DNA of 64,000 nucleotides from a bacterium (GTDB lineage Bacteria; UBA10199; 2-02-FULL-50-16; JAJFLM01): NCBI GenBank assembly GCA_965216315.1, contig CBDCFN010000016.1, positions 704,001 to 768,000 of the forward strand, read 5' to 3'. Shown piece by piece: positions 57,642 to 64,000 of this stretch (position 1 is its first letter; each line of letters starts with the position of its first letter). The notes under the pieces were generated by a model. It saw only the letters and a program-made list of their open reading frames with translations, ran no database searches and was not told where the DNA came from. The position numbers and the translations under genes were made by a program.

Positions 57642-60257
57642 ATGCAACATCCCCGGGGGGACATCACAATGGGAATTAAGCAATCACGTGTCAGTGCGGG
57701 TGTACGTGCACGCCGCCAATCAATTGTTAACTTATTAGGCCTTTTCTTGGTCGCCTTCTCACTTTCCATGGTGAGTCTGGGTCACCCGTCATATGCAGCA
57801 GAAGATGGCTGCAACGTTTATCTGAGCGAAACAGTGCCTGAACCTGGTGAGGATCCCATTATAAATCAGTGTATTTGTCATGGAACGGCGGGCGAGACCT
57901 GTCCGAGTGAGAGTGGTATCGAAGGCGGACATGATTGCCATCTGGCGGCATATTGTTGTGATGAGTTGAACTTTATTCCCAATACTTTCTTTCCTATTCC
58001 CGTATTCTGTAATTTTGAGGGCCAAGATGGCGCGTCTCCGCCCTATCTCGTTTGTGAAGATGCTAATCTACCGGGGGTTCAGGATACCTTCGGCCAATGT
58101 GATGGTTGTGGTGATGGGATTAAGGAAAATGAGGCGGATTGTTGTGACCCTGATGTCGATCCCGAGTGTGATGCGAGTGATTCATCGACCAACGTCTGTG
58201 AGGAATGTGATGACGGCAATAATGAAAGTGGAGACGGTTGTAGCGCCGATTGTCAATTAGAGGCCTGCCCTGATGGCAACTTAGATCCCGGCGAAGAGTG
58301 TGATGACAACAATATGACCAATGGAGATGGCTGTGATGACAGCTGCCAGACGGAATTTTGTGGCGACGGTATCGTTAACAACGTTACGGAAGACTGTGAT
58401 AACGGCCGTCAATGTGATGATGGCACTGATTGCACATTGAACGCCGATATCTGTACGATTATTGGGCAAGGAACATGTTCGACCTTCGCCGATGAGGACT
58501 GTGATGAAAACTGTTCAAGCGATCAATGTCCTGATGATCCGGACAAGACCGAGCCCGGTGAATGTGGCTGCGGCGTTGCTGAGACGGGTGATTCGGATGG
58601 CGATGGAGTCCACGATTGCAACGAGGACTGTGACGACGATCCGAACAAGACCGAGCCTGGTGAATGTGGCTGCGGCGTTGCTGAGACAGGTGATTCGGAT
58701 GGCGATGGAGTCCACGATTGCAACGAGGACTGTGACGACGATCCGAACAAGACCGAGCCTGGTGAATGTGGCTGCGGCGTTGCTGAGACGGGTGATTCGG
58801 ATGGCGATGGAGTCCACGATTGCAACGAGGACTGTGACGACGATCCGAACAAGACCGAGCCTGGTGAATGTGGCTGCGGCGTTGCTGAGACGGGTGATTC
58901 GGATGGCGATGGAGTCCACGATTGCAACGAGGACTGTGACGACGATCCGAACAAGACCGAGCCCGGAGAATGTGGCTGCGGCGTTGCTGAGACGGGTGAT
59001 TCGGATGGCGATGGAGTCCACGATTGCAACGAGGACTGTGACGACGATCCAAACAAGGTTGAACCGGGGATCTGTGGTTGCGGTGTCTCGGATGTCGACA
59101 GCGATGAAGACGGCACAGCGGACTGTAACGACGATTGTCCAGATGATCCTAATAAGGCCGAGCCCCTTGAATGTGGTTGCGGCGTAGCCGAGACCGGCGA
59201 CACCGACGGCGACGGTGTCCACGATTGCAACGAGGACTGTGACGACGACCCGAACAAGACCGAGCCCGGAGAATGTGGCTGTGGAACGGCTGACACGGAT
59301 TCAGACGAAGACGGTATTCCCGACTGCGATGACAACTGTATTGATACGCCGAACGAAGGGCAAGAGGACTTCGATCAGGATGGCGTCGGTGATGCCTGTG
59401 ATAACTGTGCTCCGGCTGTCCCGCAGGAAGAACCGGAATTTCCTCAGCAGGACGGGCCAACGTTGGCGATCACTATAGAAACGGATCCCAACTACAACCC
59501 CGATCAATTAGATGGGGACGAAGATGGCGTTGGTGATGTCTGCGACAATTGTTCGGAAGAGCCGAACGCGGAGCAGACAGACAGTGATGAAGACACAATA
59601 GGCGATGCCTGTGACAATTGCCCGAATGATACCAATCCTGAACAAGAGGACGGTGATGGTGACGGAACAGGGGATGCCTGTGACGCCTGTGTCGATGATC
59701 CGAACAAGACCGCGCCGGGAGTTTGCGGCTGTGGTGTTTCTGACGAAGACGATGCCGATGGCGACGGCGTGCCCGATTGCCGTGACCTGTGCCCCAATGA
59801 CGAAGTGAAGTCAGAGGCTGAGGGTCAATGCGGCTGTAATCGTCCCGAGTCGGATGATGACGGCGACGGCGTGCCGGACTGCGTCGACAACTGTCCTCCT
59901 TTGAGCAAATTGGACGAGTTCATCGACCTGGATCAGCACCCTGAGCTGAAAGAGGCCTTTGAGGCTGGAAAGTTAAACGATGTTGATACGAGCAATGCCG
60001 ATCAGTTGGATTCCAATGGAGACGGAATAGGTGATGCGTGTGAACCTCCGGAGGAGATAGAGATTGCTGACACCGACGAAGAGGAAGAGGAAGCGCCGGG
60101 TCAGCATGTGGGTGGCGGTTTAACCTGTCAATTAGTAGCGGATCAAGGGCCGGCGCCGCTAGGTGGGTATGGCTGGCTCCTGTTTATGCTGATTCCGCTC
60201 TTGGCATTGAGAACGCTGCGGCGGCCACTCATGGTGCGTGTCCCGCAGCGCCGCTAG
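57642..60257 (+). CDS. Cys/Asp-rich surface protein: myxobacterial disulfide repeats, thrombospondin type-3-like repeats, C-terminal sorting signal (start may be 57669)
   Basis: Signal peptide; CGDG..EECDDGN..GDGCS.DC; DxDxDGxGDACDNCP repeats; GGGLTCQL followed by a TM helix and an RR tail. Confidence 0.85.
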   Translation: MQHPRGDITMGIKQSRVSAGVRARRQSIVNLLGLFLVAFSLSMVSLGHPSYAAEDGCNVYLSETVPEPGEDPIINQCICHGTAGETCPSESGIEGGHDCHLAAYCCDELNFIPNTFFPIPVFCNFEGQDGASPPYLVCEDANLPGVQDTFGQCDGCGDGIKENEADCCDPDVDPECDASDSSTNVCEECDDGNNESGDGCSADCQLEACPDGNLDPGEECDDNNMTNGDGCDDSCQTEFCGDGIVNNVTEDCDNGRQCDDGTDCTLNADICTIIGQGTCSTFADEDCDENCSSDQCPDDPDKTEPGECGCGVAETGDSDGDGVHDCNEDCDDDPNKTEPGECGCGVAETGDSDGDGVHDCNEDCDDDPNKTEPGECGCGVAETGDSDGDGVHDCNEDCDDDPNKTEPGECGCGVAETGDSDGDGVHDCNEDCDDDPNKTEPGECGCGVAETGDSDGDGVHDCNEDCDDDPNKVEPGICGCGVSDVDSDEDGTADCNDDCPDDPNKAEPLECGCGVAETGDTDGDGVHDCNEDCDDDPNKTEPGECGCGTADTDSDEDGIPDCDDNCIDTPNEGQEDFDQDGVGDACDNCAPAVPQEEPEFPQQDGPTLAITIETDPNYNPDQLDGDEDGVGDVCDNCSEEPNAEQTDSDEDTIGDACDNCPNDTNPEQEDGDGDGTGDACDACVDDPNKTAPGVCGCGVSDEDDADGDGVPDCRDLCPNDEVKSEAEGQCGCNRPESDDDGDGVPDCVDNCPPLSKLDEFIDLDQHPELKEAFEAGKLNDVDTSNADQLDSNGDGIGDACEPPEEIEIADTDEEEEEAPGQHVGGGLTCQLVADQGPAPLGGYGWLLFMLIPLLALRTLRRPLMVRVPQRR
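58533..59042 (+). repeat. Five near-identical 102-bp coding tandem repeats (34 aa)
   Basis: Unit DDPNKTEPGECGCGVAETGDSDGDGVHDCNEDCD. Diverged copies follow. Confidence 0.95.
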
Positions 60258-60282
60258 AGGTTGTAATGAAGTAAAGTAGTTC

Positions 60283-60325
60283 CATGACGGTCCCTCGGGT
60301 CAGTAAGTACCGAGGGACCGTTGTG
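60283..60325 (+). terminator. Strong hairpin after the CDS (possible terminator or stabiliser)
   Basis: ACGGTCCCTCGG-N11-CCGAGGGACCGT, with only a short T-run after it. Confidence 0.45.
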
Positions 60326-60496
60326 CTTTGCAGGCTGAAAGGGTGATATCGCGATGAGAACGGAGTGCCCTAAAAAAAGCCAAAATAATTATCAAAATGA
60401 TAATAATATCGTTTTGATAAAAAGCTCCTCCCTGGGGAACGTTAAAAAAATCTTTAAAATTCAATGTATTAGAGAAATTTTTTCCGCCCGCATATT

Positions 60497-60512
60497 TGGC
60501 ACACCTTTTGCT
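60497..60512 (+). promoter_or_regulatory. sigma54 -24/-12 promoter
   Basis: TGGCAC-ACCTT-TTGCT. Confidence 0.85.
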
Positions 60513-60634
60513 TATTCTCTGGGAGGTATTGGGCAGAGATTCAGAGTGAGTCAGGCAAAGAGTCAACTTGGGGATCATGTCCGAAATGGGAAGAACAAAG
60601 ATTGAAGGCAAATTCTAAGGGAGGAATTGGGGTT

Positions 60635-62080
60635 ATGGACCATTCAAAATATATCAAAGGATTTATTAAGGGCGGCTCGGGCGTTGTAATAGGCCTGCTG
60701 CTGACGCTTTGTTTATCAAGTCAGGCCTTCGCGCAGACTGATGAAGTGCGCGAGGACTGTGGTTTCATTGAGATAGGCGATTTTTGTACCTACACCCAGG
60801 GGGGTTGGGGAACGGCTTGCGAGGGTGAAAATCCTGGTTGTCTACGTGACAGTGGTTTCTCAACCATGTTTGGCACGGGGGGACTTACGGTCGGTGGAAC
60901 GCACACGATCAATTTCAGTTCGTCTGCGGCCGTTCAAAACTTTCTTCCGCAGGGTGGGACAGCGGCGATGTTGACGCAGTCACATAATGATCCGAGTAGT
61001 ACTGAAGCCGGAGTTTTGGCGGGCCAGGTGACGGCATTGAAACTCAACGTCAATGCTTCGGATGCGCAAATCACGCAGCAAAATTCTACGGGAAGATTGG
61101 GAGGCTTACATATCGTAACGGGGCCTTTTGAAAATCTTTCGGTTGATGAATTGCTCGCCTTGGCAGAAGCGGTGCTTGGCGGTGATAGCTCAGCGTTGGA
61201 TAACTTCAATGCAAGTATCTCGGATCTGAATGATGCCGTGACGTCGGTGAATGAGAACTTTGTCGACTGTGAAGAAAATGGTGAGTATCTCGCTCAAAGT
61301 GATCGCGACCAGGATGGCATTTCCGATGAATGCGATAATTGTCCGGATGTTGCCAATGAAGGGCAAGCGGACAGTGATGAGGATGGAGTGGGTGATGCCT
61401 GTGATGAATGTCCGGAAGATCCTAATAAGGTATTAGAAGGATTTTGCGGTTGTGGCGAAGACGAAACGGACGAAGATGATGATGGGGCACCCGATTGCAT
61501 CGATCAATGCCCCGGTAATCCGGTCAAGCAAGTACCCGAAGTCTGTGGCTGTGATGCCGAAGATACGGATAATGAAAACGATGGCCAAGGGGACGGCGTC
61601 GCCGACTGCATCGATAACTGTCCTGATGTCGTGAATAGCGATCAAGCAGATAGTGACGAAGATAGCGTCGGTGATGCCTGTGACAATTGTCCTGATCGTG
61701 CCAACCCTGACCAGGCGGATAGTGACGAGGATGGTGTTGGTGATGCCTGCGATAACTGCCCCGCAGTCTCCAACGGAGACCAGCAGGATAGTGACGGCGA
61801 TGGGGTCGGTGATGCCTGCGACAACTGCCCGGATATCCACAATCCGAGTCAGGATATTGAGGCCTGCGAAGGCGACGAGACCGACGTGGCCGGCGGAAGC
61901 GATAATGGCAACGGTAACAAAAAAGAGGACGCCCAGGGTCAACATGTAGGTGGTGGCTTTACCTGTCAATTAGTCGCGGGCCAGGCGCCTTCACCACTCG
62001 GTGGTTATGGCTGGTTGCTCTTCATGACCGTGCCGCTGTTAGCGCTAAGAATGATGCGCCGTTCAGCGCGGGTTTCCTAG
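60635..62080 (+). CDS. Paralogous TSP3-repeat surface protein with a different N-terminal domain and the same C-terminal sorting signal (start may be 60602)
   Basis: Signal peptide ending AFA-Q, a TQGGWG domain, TSP3 repeats, and GQHVGGGFTCQLVA...GGYGWLLFM..PLLALR..RR. Confidence 0.85.
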   Translation: MDHSKYIKGFIKGGSGVVIGLLLTLCLSSQAFAQTDEVREDCGFIEIGDFCTYTQGGWGTACEGENPGCLRDSGFSTMFGTGGLTVGGTHTINFSSSAAVQNFLPQGGTAAMLTQSHNDPSSTEAGVLAGQVTALKLNVNASDAQITQQNSTGRLGGLHIVTGPFENLSVDELLALAEAVLGGDSSALDNFNASISDLNDAVTSVNENFVDCEENGEYLAQSDRDQDGISDECDNCPDVANEGQADSDEDGVGDACDECPEDPNKVLEGFCGCGEDETDEDDDGAPDCIDQCPGNPVKQVPEVCGCDAEDTDNENDGQGDGVADCIDNCPDVVNSDQADSDEDSVGDACDNCPDRANPDQADSDEDGVGDACDNCPAVSNGDQQDSDGDGVGDACDNCPDIHNPSQDIEACEGDETDVAGGSDNGNGNKKEDAQGQHVGGGFTCQLVAGQAPSPLGGYGWLLFMTVPLLALRMMRRSARVS

Positions 62081-62097
62081 GAGAGTCAAGCTTGGTG

Positions 62098-62140
62098 GGG
62101 CTTCCAGGGATCAAAGCAATCCGATGATACCTGGAGGCCC
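62098..62140 (+). terminator. Hairpin after the CDS
   Basis: GGGCTTCCAGG...CCTGGAGGCCC, no clear U-tract. Confidence 0.35.
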
Positions 62141-62286
62141 TCTTACCTAAGCGCAATACAAACCCGAAATTTTGAAAAAATTGCGAAATATCAAAAAACA
62201 TTTGTATCTTGTGATGAAATCTAGTTAAATGGGCAAAATTTTCAATTAATTCAGTTAATTACGCAGAAGGGGTCTTGAGGGGTGTC

Positions 62287-63576
62287 ATGAAAAAACAAGC
62301 CAAAAAACTAATTTTCAAGGCAGTTGCTGCCTTCATTTTTTGCATCGTCGCGTCACCTTCGGCGCAGGCGTTAAATGTCCAATTGTTCAGGCCGGGCACG
62401 GGCGCTCTCAAAGGGTACCATCTATTTACATCTGAAACGCTCAAGCAAAAGCAGTTTGCGATCGGCATGAGCGTCAACTGGGCCCATCATCTATTTGAGC
62501 TGCGTTTTCCTAATCGAACTCCGTCCGATCAGCCGGTGGTCGATGATTTCTTGACGGTCGATTTTCTTGCTGAGATCGGTATTTTTGACTGGTGGACGGC
62601 GCGTCTCGGTGTCCCCATGAATGCGTTTCATAATATCGGCGATGATCCCTTTCTGGTTCCGGTACGACGGCGCGGTGGTCCTGATATGGGTGACATTCAG
62701 CTGACGATGATTTTCAAGATTTTCGATGCGGAAAAAACATCTTCAGGACTTGGTCTTGCTTTTGTCCCTCAAGTAACCTTTCCAACGGGGGATGCGGATG
62801 ATTTTTTTGGCGATGCTAACTTTACGGGTGGAGCCACTTTGGTTGGTGATGCGCAGTGGAAGGCGAATCGTTTTTATGCCAACATCGGTTTTAGGGCGCG
62901 TGAGCATGAGCAGTTAGCGGATCTCTTTGTGAATGAGGAAATTACCTATGGTCTGGGTTGGCAACGACCCATCCGTAAGAAATGGCGCCTCGACATGATC
63001 TTGGAGGCCTTCGGTGCTCACGTGACGGACGATCAGGGCGATGAGTTGTCCATTCCCATCGAGATCTTAGCGGCGGCCCGCAAACGCTTTCTCAAAGATG
63101 ATAGCCTCATTCTTAACTTCGGAGCAGGATTTGGGGTGACCGAGGGGTATGGAACGCCGTCCATCCGTTCAATATTAGGTTTGACCTATGCGCCGCCGGT
63201 GGCGGAACAGCGGGCTCCGGTACGTGAAAAGATTGAGATCACCGAAAAGATTCACTTTGAATTTGATAAGGCGGTTATTAGGAAGCGTTCTTATCCTGTG
63301 CTGGACCAAGTCGTTCGCGTCATCAAGGGCGACAATGGAATCCGTCTCGTTCACGTCGAAGGGCATACCGATTCGATTGGTTCCGACCCTTACAACTTAA
63401 GGCTTTCGGAGCGCCGTTCGCGGTCGGTTGTCAACTATCTCGTTGCACATGGGGTTGAACGCGATCGCCTCAAGCCGATCGGTTTTGGGGAGACGCGCCC
63501 GATCGCGACGAATGCGACGCGACAAGGCCGCGCGATGAATCGTCGGACCGAGTTCATTATCACTGAACGGCGTTAG
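62287..63576 (+). CDS. OmpA-family outer membrane protein (N-terminal beta-barrel, C-terminal OmpA peptidoglycan-binding domain)
   Basis: Signal peptide ending AQA-L, amphipathic strands, and IHFEFDK, EGHTD, N..LS.RR, GFGE and NRRTEF. Confidence 0.93.
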   Translation: MKKQAKKLIFKAVAAFIFCIVASPSAQALNVQLFRPGTGALKGYHLFTSETLKQKQFAIGMSVNWAHHLFELRFPNRTPSDQPVVDDFLTVDFLAEIGIFDWWTARLGVPMNAFHNIGDDPFLVPVRRRGGPDMGDIQLTMIFKIFDAEKTSSGLGLAFVPQVTFPTGDADDFFGDANFTGGATLVGDAQWKANRFYANIGFRAREHEQLADLFVNEEITYGLGWQRPIRKKWRLDMILEAFGAHVTDDQGDELSIPIEILAAARKRFLKDDSLILNFGAGFGVTEGYGTPSIRSILGLTYAPPVAEQRAPVREKIEITEKIHFEFDKAVIRKRSYPVLDQVVRVIKGDNGIRLVHVEGHTDSIGSDPYNLRLSERRSRSVVNYLVAHGVERDRLKPIGFGETRPIATNATRQGRAMNRRTEFIITERR

Positions 63577-63625
63577 GACGAGTGGTTGACTTCTGGCTAG
63601 CTCGGGCATAAATCTACCGAGTTAC

Positions 63626-63698
63626 GCGGGTGTAACTCAGTTGGTAGAGTTCTTGCTTCCCAAGCAAGCTGTCGCCGGTTCGAGTCCGGTCGCCCGCT
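63626..63698 (+). tRNA. tRNA-Gly (CCC)
   Basis: GCGGGTG/CGCCCGC acceptor stem, anticodon arm CTTGC-TTCCCAA-GCAAG and GGTTCGAGTCC T-arm. CCA is not encoded. Confidence 0.96.
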
Positions 63699-64000
63699 CA
63701 ATTATTAGTTTCCGGTAGAACCGCGACCCCGACTTCGGTAATGCCTATGTCGCGGCATAGGCCTATTACCCGGATAACATATTCATAATGCAACTTCTTG
63801 TCGGCGCGAATGACAACGGATTTGATGTCAGGGCGGCCATGGAGGATGTCTTCAAGTTCTAAAAGAGAGACTTTAACCTCGTTGAAGTAAATCTGCTGTG
63901 TTCGATCGATCGCGATAATTGTCGTTTCCTTCTTTTCTTCGTCATAAGCGCGTGATTCAGGGAGTTGAACCCTCAATTCTTTTTGAAAATCAATAAAAAC
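63698..64000 (-). CDS. exbD: ExbD/TolR biopolymer transport protein (5' truncated)
   Basis: Open to the window edge (VFIDFQKELRVQLP...), with VVIRADK...Y..VI.V motif. Confidence 0.85.
   Translation of the reverse strand, partial: VFIDFQKELRVQLPESRAYDEEKKETTIIAIDRTQQIYFNEVKVSLLELEDILHGRPDIKSVVIRADKKLHYEYVIRVIGLCRDIGITEVGVAVLPETNN

Noticed and set aside
58459..59797. CRISPR array or real antisense genes in the repeat region
   Set aside because: The repeats are contiguous, in frame and lack unique spacers, and no cas genes are present. The alternative-frame ORFs are by-products of the coding repeat.
63626..63698. tRNA-Gly as the attachment site of an integrated element
   Set aside because: No integrase and no duplicated tRNA 3' end was seen in the window.

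Overview
Bacterial chromosomal window. Many sigma54 promoters, myxobacterial-type Cys-rich repeats, GGGxxCxL C-terminal sorting signals and a kinase-fused enhancer-binding protein suggest a deltaproteobacteria-like organism (inference only). Housekeeping content: acs, OsmC, EVE, archease-rtcB, ppx/gppA, a Rrf2-sufBCDSUT operon, rpmB, yqgE, M20 peptidase, nucleoside transporter, maf, dus, tRNA-Gly(CCC) and partial exbD. Signals that the gene list does not explain: (1) a sigma28/FliA-like promoter motif (NCAA-N15-NNCGANNA) before seven unusual proteins, most without a signal peptide, including diverged copies of malic enzyme, threonine dehydratase, an FGE fold and a metallophosphoesterase, which form a candidate exported-effector regulon; (2) a 2245-aa toxin-like protein with a C-terminal JAB/MPN-like motif set, transcribed divergently from a paralogous HExxH pair by back-to-back sigma54 promoters; (3) a 77-bp hairpin element between sufD and sufS, flanked by a 41-bp duplication, that forms a mini-ORF preserving the stop/start overlap; (4) a TraA/TraB-like surface locus; (5) a kinase-TPR-GAF-degenerate AAA+ regulator directly upstream of archease-rtcB; (6) a C7-tract frameshift in a lipoprotein gene. 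A >=1050-codon ORF at 1-3150 (-) and a 52-aa ORF at 43536-43694 (-) are missing from the supplied ORF track.
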